Shown piece after piece: positions 40,101 through 49,400 of a stretch of 64,000 nt of DNA. Below the pieces are notes generated by a model that saw nothing but the letters and a program-made list of their open reading frames with translations, made no database searches and was not told where the DNA came from. Origin of the DNA: a virus; the IMG/VR virus record IMGVR_UViG_3300020596_000023, positions 1-64,000 of that record, one strand, 5' to 3'. Numbering within the stretch: position 1 is the first letter of the stretch; the number at the start of each line of letters is the position of its first letter. A program made the position numbers and the translations under genes.

Positions 40101-42477
40101 TGTTTCCAATTGCTTTACTACGATTAGTTAAGTTTATTCCAAGTCTGCGAGATAATTCAGATACCCTTCGTTTGGCTTTAGATATTAACGGTTCTTGATT
40201 TTCCTGTAATTCTTTTAAAGCTTCCTTTAAGATTTTGGCTTCTTCCTTATTCTTAGGGTTTAATTCAGCTTTAATTTCTTTTACCGTCTTACCTTCTTTG
40301 ATTTTAGTATCAATATCTAAAATCAATTTAGCTTTGCTATTATCTGCTTTTTTCTTGTCTTGAGCTTTAAAGGCATTTTCAACTTCTTTGATTCTATCTG
40401 GCTTTAAAAAGTCATTAGCAAGAATATCCAGTTGATTTGAAAACGCTGTAGCTATCTTAACCTCTGTCATAGCATCAACCGCAGCTTTCAAATCTTCTGT
40501 AACTTCACCTTTATAAACTAAGTCTTCACTTATTCCTTGTTGTCCTAATTTTTCAATAGCATTATACAATCTATTCTGATCTGGAAAAAACTTAGTTATT
40601 TCTGGATTGTTTTTTAATACAGATATAGCTTGCTTAGTAGATAACTTTTCTACAAGCAATTGCTTACTATTCCGTTCTACAGGATCAGAACTATTACTTT
40701 GTAAAATGTTAGTAGCTTTGGCTAAACCTGCTTGACTTAATTGATTGAAATAATTCTTGTCTTTTTCAGCTTGCGTTATAATATCAGCTAAAGCTTGCTT
40801 TATATGTGCCGGCTGTTTAGAATAGAATAATTTCTGATAAACTGATTTGTAACTATTTTCAGCAGCAGTAGCACCAGCTTTTAAAGAATAAAATACAACT
40901 TCATCTAAGCCAGTAATTCCATTAGTATTAGGATCAGATGTAACATTCTCTTTAAAGTTTTTGCTTGCAAAAGTATCCATGAGCAAATCCATGTTTCCAG
41001 TTTTGGAAGCAGCAGTACCCATATCAAAGCCAGACTTGTAACTCTCAAGCTTAATTTCTTCAGTAGCATCTTCTTTAGATAAACTACCATTGTTATAAGA
41101 TTTTACAATAGCTTGAATTCTAGTATTGGCTTCTTTGATAAAACCTAGCCTACTTTCGATCTCTCCAATCTTGGAACTGGTAGCAGCTTTATTATCTGCT
41201 TTATTCATAAATCCACCAACAACATTGAAAGCTTTACCGCCAAGCATTCCAAAAAATCCAGCCTCTAAACCTTTATCATCAAAAGCATCTTCTAAAAACT
41301 TAGTAACAACATTGTTACCTTTTTTACCTAAGTTAGTTCCAACTCTTTCTCCTGCTTGACTAGAAGCATAGTTTATCATTTCTTCTGGAAACTCACTAAA
41401 TCCAGAAGCTAATGGCTTCAAGTATTTTTCGATAATACCCGGATTATATTTAACCCCAGACTTTAAAACTTCGTTCTGAGCAACACTAACTTCTTTACTT
41501 ATAATACCAGTCCTAGTCCTACCTCTAATGCCTTTGAATATTCCAGCTACCTGAAATAAATCAAAAGCAAAATTCATGGTGTTTAACTTATAAGTTGTCC
41601 AACCTGATTTGTTTCCTAAAGCTTTAGCAAATTGTTCCCTAGTTAAATCTTTAGGAACTTCATTCTGTCCGTCTAAAACTTTTTGAAATTCCTCATCACT
41701 CAAATCAGCTAAGACTTTGTAAGAACTGTTCTTAACATTTACTGAAACCTCCGCAGCATCTCTCATAGATTCAGCATTACGCATGAATCCAGCAATTGTA
41801 CCAACTTCACCCCAATACTTAGTAGCATCACTAACTTTATCAGCAAGTTTTACAGTCTTTGCTAACCATCCAGCACCTTTAACTATACCAGTACCACCAG
41901 CTAACATACTAATACCGCTAGCTATAGATACCAGGTTTTGTGCCCACCAACCTGTATCTCCCCATTGCCAAGATTCGCCGGGATTCTTCTGATATATAGG
42001 AGCATATTCAGCACTTTTTTCTCTAATGCCTTTACCAAACTCAGTCATCCAATTACCAAACTCATATTCTTCTTTGGCTAAATAATCTGCAAGTCTACCT
42101 CCAGTAATATCTCCAAAAGCACCAACACCTTCAATTGTACCACCTATCAATTCACCTACCACAGCTTGATTTAAAAATCCCCAAACTTGGCTACCCTTCG
42201 TTTGTTTACTTGCTCTAACTTTATCTAAGCTATCCATAGTATATACACCATAAGGCATATACTTTTCATACTCTTTAGGATCAATTGTAGTATTTGATCT
42301 ATCATCAGATAAAATAGCACCTGTCTCTACATTAGGACTAGGAGTAGACAAGTTCTTCTGCAAGCTTGTACCTAATCTTGTAGGATCCGGTCTGACATCT
42401 TTAACTAAAGTCTGATTATCAAATCCTGTATTTTTATTCAAGCTTAAACCAAGCCCAGTACTTCTCTGCTTTCCCAT
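31165..42477 (-). CDS. giant virion-associated DNA-dependent RNA polymerase polyprotein
   Basis: 3770 aa; QTGHDFDVDS catalytic-type motif (33424-33438), STDGQG, HRTP; HEAFH zincin-like motif (37657-37671). Confidence 0.88.
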   Translation of the reverse strand: MGKQRSTGLGLSLNKNTGFDNQTLVKDVRPDPTRLGTSLQKNLSTPSPNVETGAILSDDRSNTTIDPKEYEKYMPYGVYTMDSLDKVRASKQTKGSQVWGFLNQAVVGELIGGTIEGVGAFGDITGGRLADYLAKEEYEFGNWMTEFGKGIREKSAEYAPIYQKNPGESWQWGDTGWWAQNLVSIASGISMLAGGTGIVKGAGWLAKTVKLADKVSDATKYWGEVGTIAGFMRNAESMRDAAEVSVNVKNSSYKVLADLSDEEFQKVLDGQNEVPKDLTREQFAKALGNKSGWTTYKLNTMNFAFDLFQVAGIFKGIRGRTRTGIISKEVSVAQNEVLKSGVKYNPGIIEKYLKPLASGFSEFPEEMINYASSQAGERVGTNLGKKGNNVVTKFLEDAFDDKGLEAGFFGMLGGKAFNVVGGFMNKADNKAATSSKIGEIESRLGFIKEANTRIQAIVKSYNNGSLSKEDATEEIKLESYKSGFDMGTAASKTGNMDLLMDTFASKNFKENVTSDPNTNGITGLDEVVFYSLKAGATAAENSYKSVYQKLFYSKQPAHIKQALADIITQAEKDKNYFNQLSQAGLAKATNILQSNSSDPVERNSKQLLVEKLSTKQAISVLKNNPEITKFFPDQNRLYNAIEKLGQQGISEDLVYKGEVTEDLKAAVDAMTEVKIATAFSNQLDILANDFLKPDRIKEVENAFKAQDKKKADNSKAKLILDIDTKIKEGKTVKEIKAELNPKNKEEAKILKEALKELQENQEPLISKAKRRVSELSRRLGINLTNRSKAIGNITLVDPEEDSLSSIADTTDLENDIISTITDSETIASDETIASDETIVSDEANKSIELIKPIEENQAIIIDLNSVIANPKKTRKSRATKSVKSNFKKTRKSRATKSVKSAVQLELTVQELSEDTQDNSAIVQQVIESETTTTVGEIIATELNSEHESINLEVPVVDNIPDEIVLELDTVNTVAELVPVYNTDTNTEQEPIKAITEQDSIAQERSDESQFASIYLHSIVNPDIVSETDTTIVISDNDAKTVKALNELREIIKKDGQVELDLKIPEVEDNFKSTDPNEAPIGVYYKNVLIGYINRVSSIEKEINRLESDGNSNAALARRVNLLETVKIRTAFAKNKNSKILLKKVSAGARKKTGNNQLSLLSRIAKAMSVRLYHIPEDGGSVVSSTLSPLIGEGQAYDTKSISATYNEDMLYSSSNVFVLVPASPNLSIDFTDYDDTQTAIPLYISGNKLDSESITDVIKLLNQLIKGLKTGLSPFKDDSMIEIKKAINRITLFRSNVRDAKDNLYAPTFLVHGPNANSKGRIEILNGDYTELYTIYVAPNDEIRLTKRVWTGKKTKYESYEEYNSNVGNKIPINGKDILVLNDANREVFSDTLKDVLSGKRYNLYLEDGREQELHDSILNSDRFGINIKTTEDSEGNILSLFGGKIAANNGVDNVNTRVVLKTWSDESKTEVSEAKNVRKDKVSDTVLNPLPVEEESPVNSDLSQVDAITSIDPNSIQDSTDSDLTDLLTDALFFKASTNSTKDELIESNQSQIENFQNILGDEIPIEILPEQLMDNGDVVYGVFRKAAVTLSKYSIVGTEYHEAFHAIFNMYLNESDRLNLLEEANKRYGLEEDLLTEDSKLRVEEFLAEKFRGFMLTKQVGKEPQGFSRKVKAFFEKLYRMLQTYFGKIDRIDLLFESASRGDFKNSAKMNYPNQDILRFSKAPTGQALPDAFAIFKPDEQLKYIQYGGLISMRFIKAYGDKYKSAITPEMIESGEVPTLKNQFKLTLAKNLIGKDEDSIAYKTTTYLMNLLDSNDNTYWSKVVEYVKNNLKVDVSSDENIDTSALTRQQMSKLWDDASQTKVSSKATVDFELKRFLMTTEKISSFKFTFDASGNPIFSFVPSKDNLAELPEVENFSIIYSSLSTQLADSIDIDEMMSKILELAKLNPSFALIYQRLKTDEEYQEKLFTTFNKPKVNSIQLTHTTDKTLALRVPTISYRLTNSMADAVKVVVESYNSNKGKSLITSAKIQKFREWNIKVRQALSKSKDRVDSATKKDMLSMLRALGITITKPQLDLALDAVGNTTYFEKSEVKTRTKPEIAERIRAAIFKLGEELFNQTLIHDKITFDEQGRVGEIAAFFEEVFLDLKEPSFYNAERTLQYALQKPLFINKFFSRLAQVFNKRTINKMNAYNTIVDMVQTYLQDNALKYSNWLNAIVDFKTMDLKDNNAKNFKFYWFNGITDADTFTGKMYDGVTDLDWSASKLALYLKEKAYGYYSLPTLSDSSNQAVIKAPKYNGIVNGELIDNTPLKNALLNIIYHDLRKADNARLLLFADTTILSDEVKDQLLVNHHYKSVDDNNNPIIIDADGLPTGQVFQTLSLTYTEKGKVRKISDIIGLDEKDQLVFKGEESKLAFPLSIFYNGVYDTSTLSPNKRRLLDKFINNFVKVEVAQSFNLYSAIASDLKEDVKKSSYSNESDMIYEFVLNNFIAQQEIASLFNGNNSEYKSITDHNKRSKQLISPTQYLSTKHRGKRSKYIVVPDVIITPDTLEPNSVNLAKALQVSNKKYTSLSYDHSVAFGSGIKNALEQDVYNKMSPYLSVNSTDGQGFITLDFFEKYLQDRGIRGKTMQKLIADLRAGRDYNDKYLKEVLQVLKPYYANRSYNSVTNTMENVQIKTSVQILIPGLIKGTVLEQLLAVAPKDLSHIYTKSAVKVGNKRVSTVSLENLSSNELTIANLNVLELDNEQWGVQLDVPEHLKDTTNPLSIQAKKVLFSNIPDAVEFDIKGNTFTGKELHEKIQSVFSELSTKGTNELIKSISDPKNVAVILEDYMNKNNLPHHYKDLLKINEAGDNFVISLAIPSFSNKFQSLLISLFIQKGIKIPIAGGHATLLSDSFISSFIDTDSIDTTSFTTEIVERIKATGKINLKQSIVSDGKSKYIETECLLPAWTSKFFENGQRININELPEEARNILGHRTPLEGKYSFLSLKVVGFLPEAVGSTIVLPAALVAQTGHDFDVDSEYLLFQYLDKENNPIKYNLAKPVKDWDNKELNNFIFDSYKAIIEHPSQIEEHIVPSSVEEIKVVIREQKKLLNIVEDGQNHNSLAAQDKLRSTNMMGTHLKGIAAVYNSMIPIVQKLKLATTELIGVSYDLSKYDLKDLQDKYGQVAVEGNKATINHKQFGWNNQDFTDPNGDLISIGLAKTLANVLDIVKEGTLLNLNLATASNYMLMRTLGIPLKEASLLLIQPVIMRAYSASQNSMIYNGKAVDPVKAYMKALKDISKLTNTPYVAYKDIPAVDLNSAEMEASILYFKNEKPKSFAKASIAELQKAENQYLYQLGLYKTWNRLTKINYDYKKVMDGTTPDRTKATNIPELFKSIDSYDSLNASDSTVYSMYGDEARDVRTVLDTTDAYKSIKTYRDNMEAYLRVLDKYFLDLKGEVLTAANTYGTKYSPEVHKKIVEVASFSLLRNDMTDVEISRILKAVPNTNTKMDIDEFKQLSTANKLWFIKYKLRESISETNILYHLSPKISEGDFNLKSFYEIKFDKPHLSDGLDTYLTDSFAALLNSNSEFLKDLGEDLIKYNYITQGFAFSGNSFGNYIPVTELLTRGWLDGLQQASKFGLTELEITYEGLIDLAGRNGWKDPKLSKINFINKNTLPEGDAFRDINGMNTFSLSKAKKKELGFNPNFYTFIIKDGNTTEIIQTSVAKVDDVFWFTPVNRLSNGYIKTESGQFSVIPEQNAFFSYMNQYSGNIEDIGDSSRLDSYDEDAVTC
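37975..38008 (+). repeat. dispersed motif A copy 5
   Basis: GGAATTAACCGGGCTTTCCTCTTCTACCGGCAAT inside the RNAP gene (antisense). Confidence 0.9.
39778..39867. repeat. in-frame duplication, 48-bp period
   Basis: Encodes KKTRKSRATKSVKS twice. Confidence 0.9.
39952..40005. repeat. 18-bp tandem repeat x3
   Basis: TTCATCAGAA(A/G)CAATAGT, encoding TI(A/V)SDE. Confidence 0.9.
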
Positions 42478-42479
42478 AT

Positions 42480-44903
42480 TTAGTTCTTACGAGTTTGAAG
42501 ATAAACTGCTCTTTGAATATCATCTACAGACCTGAACAATATTCTTTCTTCTATTGGTGAATCTTCTGATACAGTAGGATTTAGAATAAAATCTGTAGCA
42601 TCACCTAGATTCAAATTACGATCTCGATCTACCATAGTATTATTACCATCTTCTGCTAATTGATATACAGTATTTGTGCCAAGTGGTAAACCATTCTCAT
42701 CTTTGTAAGTATGTCTTTTCTTTATAATTCTGTATTCACCTGACCCAATTTTAATAAGAGCAGATACAGCAGGTTTAGTATCAACTTTACTTTTATCAGT
42801 AATAGCTGCTAATTGTGGAGTCAATTTTGTTTTACTTAATTGTGGATAAGTTGCACTAGCAGCCATGTGTAATCCTTGTTCATACGAAGGTGTGTTAGGC
42901 TTACTAACATTCATTAAATATTCACCAACTTTTAATCGTTCTTCACTACCACCACTACTAGGCAATACATACTGTTGTGGTAGTAATTTCTTTCCAGTCT
43001 TACTATCAATCACATTTATCATGTGAGGAAACCCAGAAGCTAATTCACCATCAGTAATAGTAGATTGAATTTTTATATCACCTTTTTTTACTTCTGGAAA
43101 AGTTTTATAAAGATGTTCTAAGATCTCATCAAAAGGTTGACCTGTTTCTGCCATCTGGTATTCACCTCCATTTTCAATCATGTGTCTACCAATCAATTCA
43201 TTTACTTTTCTAATTGTACCAGACTTTTGACCCATATCCGGCTCATCCAGAATATTGAAAGTTTGACCTTTAGGAGCATTAGGATCAACTGACTTTTTAT
43301 TTACATTATCTTGAAATGATCTAGCTTGATCTATAATTTTATTCTGAATAGAAATCTTTCTACGATTAATCTCATCTATTGTAGTACCACCCCAAATTTG
43401 AGGCATATATACCTTAGGAACTTTCTTATCCTTACTAGTATAAGGCTTAGTCAATTCCTGTATAAACTCAGATTTACTAAGTTTAGGAATACCAGATTTT
43501 TCACCTTTCTGAACTTTATACTCTTTCAAATAACTTTGATAAGACTTATCAGCATTTAAGTTATAGTCAGGAGTTTCTTGATAAGCCATAACTTTACTTT
43601 TATAAGTTCCTTTAGCTACAGCTAATTCAGATTGTAACAATCGTTGTTGTTCTTTCAATTCATCGTAGTTACCAGCACCACCTTGTTGGTTCTGAGTTAA
43701 AGCTCTTTCTATTTGTTTTAGTTGAGCTTCTTTAATTTTAATATTATCTAAGATTTTCTCAATTGGAACTATCTCTTTTGCAATAATAACACCTTCATTG
43801 CTAATAGTAAGACTAGCATCAAATGTTTTATCTCTAGCATCAGTACGATCTTGCTTATACTTTTCTAGCTTCAACCTATTAGAAGCTTCAATACTTTCCA
43901 TTAATATATTATCAGTAAGATATTTTGTATCAATGCTGGTAAAACCTGCCTTATCAGCAGCAGGTAAAATAAATCCATCAGCAATTTGAGAAGATAGAAT
44001 TGATTCAGCAAGTCCTTCTAATAATGCAGGACTAGCTTTAGCTTTATCAGGATCAATACCTTGAGATATTAAAAACTTAGTAAGTTCTTCATCGGTTATA
44101 CCAAGTTGTTCAAACATGTCCATATCAAATGGATTACCATTCGATATAGTATTAACTTTAAACATTGCTTCTTCCTTAATCAATTCTGCATAAGCTGGAT
44201 TAGTTTTTACAACCATCCTTAAAGCATCTACAACTTCATTTTCATCTACATAAGTTTGATCTCCTACTCGTAGATAACCTTTAGGAGTGGAGATATACTC
44301 ATGCTTGTTGCCTTTACCATCAGTCCAAGTCAAAGGTTTCTTACTCTCTTTCCAATCTTTTACAAGATTCATCATATCTGTAGAAATATCTTTGTTCTCT
44401 ACAGAGTTATAACCTTGAAACATAGTAGTAGGTTTTCCTGTAACAGGATCAAATTCTACAGTACTATTTTGATTTTCAGATAACGCTAAAGCTCTATCAT
44501 ATTGGGTTTGTCTGATGCCATTCTCCTTAGCACCAACTCGTTTAGTTTGAGTTTCCCTATATTGGTCATAAGCAGTTTTATCTCTCAAAGCTGCTCTAAC
44601 AGTATCGTTCTCATCAAACTCTGTTACTACTTTAGTCAACTCTCTTCCAATATTTTCATAGTCAGGTCTTTGAGATAAAGCATCTAATTTAGATCGAGTA
44701 GTACCTACTACTTCATCTACTAAAGGTTGGTAAGGATTACGAACATTTAAACCTTTCAAAGCTGAATTAGCTGTTGATAAATTAGCTTCATTAGTCCGAT
44801 ACCTTTGATCTAATGTTTTACCTAAATCATCCAATGCTTGAAAGTTCATTGGAACATATGTACTCATAGGTTCAGCATAGCTTAAATCCCTTAACACTGC
44901 CAT
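42480..44903 (-). CDS. virion cargo/ejection protein
   Basis: 807 aa; STYVPMNFQAL start and position between cargo 1 and RNAP. Confidence 0.7.
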   Translation of the reverse strand: MAVLRDLSYAEPMSTYVPMNFQALDDLGKTLDQRYRTNEANLSTANSALKGLNVRNPYQPLVDEVVGTTRSKLDALSQRPDYENIGRELTKVVTEFDENDTVRAALRDKTAYDQYRETQTKRVGAKENGIRQTQYDRALALSENQNSTVEFDPVTGKPTTMFQGYNSVENKDISTDMMNLVKDWKESKKPLTWTDGKGNKHEYISTPKGYLRVGDQTYVDENEVVDALRMVVKTNPAYAELIKEEAMFKVNTISNGNPFDMDMFEQLGITDEELTKFLISQGIDPDKAKASPALLEGLAESILSSQIADGFILPAADKAGFTSIDTKYLTDNILMESIEASNRLKLEKYKQDRTDARDKTFDASLTISNEGVIIAKEIVPIEKILDNIKIKEAQLKQIERALTQNQQGGAGNYDELKEQQRLLQSELAVAKGTYKSKVMAYQETPDYNLNADKSYQSYLKEYKVQKGEKSGIPKLSKSEFIQELTKPYTSKDKKVPKVYMPQIWGGTTIDEINRRKISIQNKIIDQARSFQDNVNKKSVDPNAPKGQTFNILDEPDMGQKSGTIRKVNELIGRHMIENGGEYQMAETGQPFDEILEHLYKTFPEVKKGDIKIQSTITDGELASGFPHMINVIDSKTGKKLLPQQYVLPSSGGSEERLKVGEYLMNVSKPNTPSYEQGLHMAASATYPQLSKTKLTPQLAAITDKSKVDTKPAVSALIKIGSGEYRIIKKRHTYKDENGLPLGTNTVYQLAEDGNNTMVDRDRNLNLGDATDFILNPTVSEDSPIEERILFRSVDDIQRAVYLQTRKN

Positions 44904-44904
44904 A

Positions 44905-46488
44905 TTACATTACTTTAGGTAAGTATTTAGAAAGAATACCACTAAGACCATTTGTAGGATCAGTTTGTGGAGTATTTGTACTATAACTAGAATTACTAGT
45001 AATTCCAGTTTTCTTATACTTTTGCAAGACAGTTTCAAATGGGATACCGGCTTCTAAGTCTTGCATTGCTTGTATAATATTACTACGTTCCAATACACCA
45101 GTATCAGCATATTTAGTTAATTCAATAAGCATAGTTTGCCTATCTCTAATAGCCATGTTTTTATCTCTCTCACCCATCCTCAAATCTTCTGTAAGATTAG
45201 CAGCATTAGCACTAACTCTAGTAACAATATCATCCTTCTGTTGCATCTGCATTAACTTATTTTGATTGATCAAACTAGTATTTGCAACTCTATTCTGATA
45301 TTCTGCTTGGAGGCTTTGATTAACTAAAGCATTCTCCTGATTAACTTTATCTGTAGTTAATTGATTTTTCATACCAATACTTTGACCTCGCAATTGACCA
45401 AGTCTTGCAGCTAATACGGAACTACCAGAAGTATTACCAGTAATAACATTACCATAGTTCTGTTCTGAATTATTTACGTTAGCAATCATACCACTATTAT
45501 CATATTTGGTACGAAGCTTAGGAGCTTGAGTTAGAACTGGATCAGGCACTTGTACTGACCTATTAGTTAATAACAGATTAGTTATGTTATCTACAAATGG
45601 AGATACTTTATTCAAGTCTAATCCAAATTTACCTTTAGGCATTTGTTGTTGCATCATTGCTTCTGCTTCTTGTTGAGCAGCTTGTTTCATCTGCTCTTGT
45701 GTATTGAACAATTCAATCATCGGATTTTCAGAAACTTTTTGAGCATTCCTGAAACCTTTATTTCTTTGCACGTAAGTTTTACCTTTTTTGCTATCAGTGT
45801 CAGCTTGAGTTCTAACCATTTCTTCTGATTCAAACTTGTTAGACTCTAATAACTCTTTTGCAAGATCCGCAAAAGTTTTATTAGTACCGGGAACAGCCAT
45901 ACTATTAGAAAATACCTTACCTTTATAAATAACTTCACCACCTTCCACTTCTGCCTTCATTCCTTTATTCATAAGAATTACACCAGTATTACCATCTTTA
46001 TTAGAATCTTCTTCGTGAGTATCACCTACAACTTTTATACCATTTGAATTTAGCTTCTTCAAATATCCACTGGAAATAGCAATAGGTTTAGCATCACCCA
46101 TATCACCACCATAATTGTAATACCCTTTAACGCCTAAACCCTTTGTAGGATAGTTTCTCATGATTTCAGCACTACGATCTTGCTCTATAAGCATTTCCTG
46201 TTGTTTTTGTAACTTCCGTTGTTCTTCTGCCTCTTTCTTGGCTTTAAGTGCATCAATCAAGCCTTTGCCAAGACCCAAAACTCCACCCGCTATTGAACCT
46301 ACTGGGCCAAAAGAACTGCCAGCAGTAAAGCCCTGTAAGCCCTCCGATAGTGCTGATGTGGCTACTCCTAAACCTGAATTGTTCTCGTCTTGAACCCTAC
46401 TATTTTGAGTAGAAAGCAATTGACTTAGAACCATACTTAATGATCCTAAGTCTCCACCATAGTTATACTTAACAATCTTTTTCATCAT
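44905..46488 (-). CDS. virion cargo protein with Gly-rich hydrophobic segment
   Basis: GPVGSIAGGVLGLG, YNYGG twice, GDTHEE, AEVEGGEVI. Confidence 0.75.
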   Translation of the reverse strand: MMKKIVKYNYGGDLGSLSMVLSQLLSTQNSRVQDENNSGLGVATSALSEGLQGFTAGSSFGPVGSIAGGVLGLGKGLIDALKAKKEAEEQRKLQKQQEMLIEQDRSAEIMRNYPTKGLGVKGYYNYGGDMGDAKPIAISSGYLKKLNSNGIKVVGDTHEEDSNKDGNTGVILMNKGMKAEVEGGEVIYKGKVFSNSMAVPGTNKTFADLAKELLESNKFESEEMVRTQADTDSKKGKTYVQRNKGFRNAQKVSENPMIELFNTQEQMKQAAQQEAEAMMQQQMPKGKFGLDLNKVSPFVDNITNLLLTNRSVQVPDPVLTQAPKLRTKYDNSGMIANVNNSEQNYGNVITGNTSGSSVLAARLGQLRGQSIGMKNQLTTDKVNQENALVNQSLQAEYQNRVANTSLINQNKLMQMQQKDDIVTRVSANAANLTEDLRMGERDKNMAIRDRQTMLIELTKYADTGVLERSNIIQAMQDLEAGIPFETVLQKYKKTGITSNSSYSTNTPQTDPTNGLSGILSKYLPKVM

Positions 46489-49400
46489 TAAATGTTTTTA
46501 AATCTAGTACCAGCAATACTAGGCTTTATGTCCAAACCAACTTCGATTATAGTCATCTCAATAAAGTTTGCATTAGTTATAACCAATCTAACTATGATAT
46601 TATTAGATAAAAATGGTCTAATATTCATAACCTTACTAGCATTTAAATTTGCAGTATTAGGTTCGTCAGTAGCTAACAAAACTGCATTATCAGGATTAAT
46701 TACAGTATCTCTGAATTTACCAAATATCCAACCATCACCCCTTTTAGCTAAGTTAGTATTGCCAATACCCGGCAAGTTAGTAACTCTACTTAATTGAATT
46801 AAACCACTACTTTGATTCTGATTGTAAACCATTATTTGATTAATAGTATTAGTATGACTAATGTCTTTATCAGAGAAAGCTTCTGTTAACCAACTTATAT
46901 TAGCTATCACCAAACTCTGTTCTGTATTAGATAGGCTAATATCAATGTAGCTGTTATAACTAAAACCATAGTAGTAACCTCTTAAATTTGGATTCAAATT
47001 GTGTGCCCACAATCCAAACAGTACAGTAGAAGGATTATTATAAATAGCTCTTAAACCTCTAATGCTAAACATATAAACAGTGGGAAAACAATCATGCTTA
47101 CATACCCATTCTTGTCTAGCTAAATCGTAGCTATAAGTATGACCAGCATTGACTTCCTTACCATCGCTAGCTACAGTTGTTATAAACAATCTATGAAAGT
47201 CTTTGTCATAACCAACTGTAACTCCTGAACCATTAAAAGGATTATCTAAGTAACTTACAACTCTCTTAAAAATAGTTTCAAACTCCCATCTGATAGCATT
47301 AGTCAATTCTTCTAATTGACCATTAAATAAATAAAATCTACCAGTAGTAGCATCAAAGAAAACAACTCCATTAGGACATACTATACAACTCCATTTACTT
47401 TTACTACCACTAAAAGCTCCATCACTTTCAATAACAGGTTTAGGCTTTTGTAAAAATAAGTCTGCACCATATAAAGCTACAGCACTATCACCAGTCTCAA
47501 GAACTTCCTGTGGATCAAAATAGTAAGTACCATATTCAGTAGTTACAAACAATCCATTATTATAACTTCTGACATTAGTAACTACACCAGTATTACGCTC
47601 CATTTCGGAATAGTCGTTAGCTCTAAATGTTCTGAATCGAATCATTGTAGATTCATCAGCTTGAACTAAGCTTCTAGCTATTCGATATGGAAACTTACTG
47701 ATAGTATCGGTGGAACAAGTAGTATCTTCCGCACACCCCTTTTTGACAAATCGCCGGTAGAAGGAGAAAGCCTGTAATTTACTGTAATCACCGTTGTATC
47801 CGTAGTAGTTGCCATGCCTTAAATATTCGATCTCATCAAATGGTGTTTCTACAGGTACAACATATTGATGTAGCATACTCTTAGGATAAAACTTTTCCCA
47901 ATCTTCTGTACCTTCCTGTCTTAGCCAAAGATTGGCAACATCATAAGCAGGTACAGTATATAATGCACCTACATAAGGATTAATCAATCCACTAGGAGTT
48001 GGCATTACATTGTGAAGCTTAAAACTATATTGAGCTATAACACAATCTCCTCCATGAACAAATCCTACTTCTAATGATGGTAAGAACGTAGTACCAGTAA
48101 AAATCAATTCTTGGCTATAATAATTATTATACAAGTCAGGTCTATAACTATAAAGGCTAGCCATTAATAAACCATGATCTGTATTAATCATAGTATTATC
48201 AAAGTCAACTTTTAAAGTTTCTTCACCTAACAAATTAGAATCAGGATCACCACTAATTAAAACATTCTCAGGATAATACTGAGTATTAGTAATCTTTCTG
48301 ATTGCTTCATAATCATTATCATCTATAGTATCTTGGAGCATTCTATAATATGATAAAGCCCCATTAATAAAACTATGATCTGCTTCAACCCCTGGACTAG
48401 TTTCAGGAATACTTATCTTAAAATGAGTCTTTAGATAATTAGCTGTAATAGTAGGAGTAGTATTTAATAAACTAAAATTGTGAAACCTAAAGCTTTCAGC
48501 ATGTTCTACAGCAGTATGACTTAATGGAAGAGCAACAGGATCAACACTGTTATACTCTTTGTTACTGATATAACCTAAAGCAATGTGACTACTATTAGTA
48601 AAGTCTCTTTGAGCATAAAAGATACCCCAATAACAAATCTGAGATTTCAGTTCATTTGGAATAATTACATTACTTATGTCCAACCTTAAAACTCTAGTAC
48701 ATAATCCATCAAGATCAACAATAGCTCCATCAAAAAATACATCATTGCCAAACCGTCTTTTGATATGTTCAAGACTTGGAGTCTTATGGTGTCTTACGTT
48801 TTCTCCTGCAAAGTCTGGAAAACAATCTGGATAAGTCTCAGTAGCATTCTCCCAATAACCCATAGTTCCATCAGCCTTAGAAGTATCAAAGACTTGAAAG
48901 AACTTAACCGCATTTCCTAAATCATTTGCAAGTTCCATTTGAGATAAATGAACAGCAGGATTAGCAGCAATAATATTTGCTAATAACGCTGTCTCATCTA
49001 AACCAGTTAAGTTAGTACTAGGTCTTGATAGAAGATCAAAATCATTTTCAGCAGAAGTATTTTCCCAATCTGTAGTGCTTGCAACTCTACCGGGAATATG
49101 TAGTATGTTCCATACTCCTTTATGAGTATAGAATCCTATGTACATTGCATAGACTTCATCGGGAAAAAAGCCTTGTAAACTTACTTGACGATTAGGGTCT
49201 TTATAACTTTCATCAGGTAAATCAGATTCAATTCCAATTGGAAATTCGTAATTCCAGTTAATTATAACAGCGTTAGCAATCTCTTGCAAGCTTTCAGGAT
49301 CAATACTATCTTCTGTAAGATTTCCTAAATACAATCTCTTATCAAGTATTGTACCAGTTTCTGCTTTGGTATATTTAGCATTTACTCCTAAAACTTCTTC

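Noticed and set aside
49085-49095. Partial motif A cores such as CTCTACCGGG (49086) and GCCGGTATA (32597)
   Set aside because: They lack the pyrimidine tract and CAGG flank
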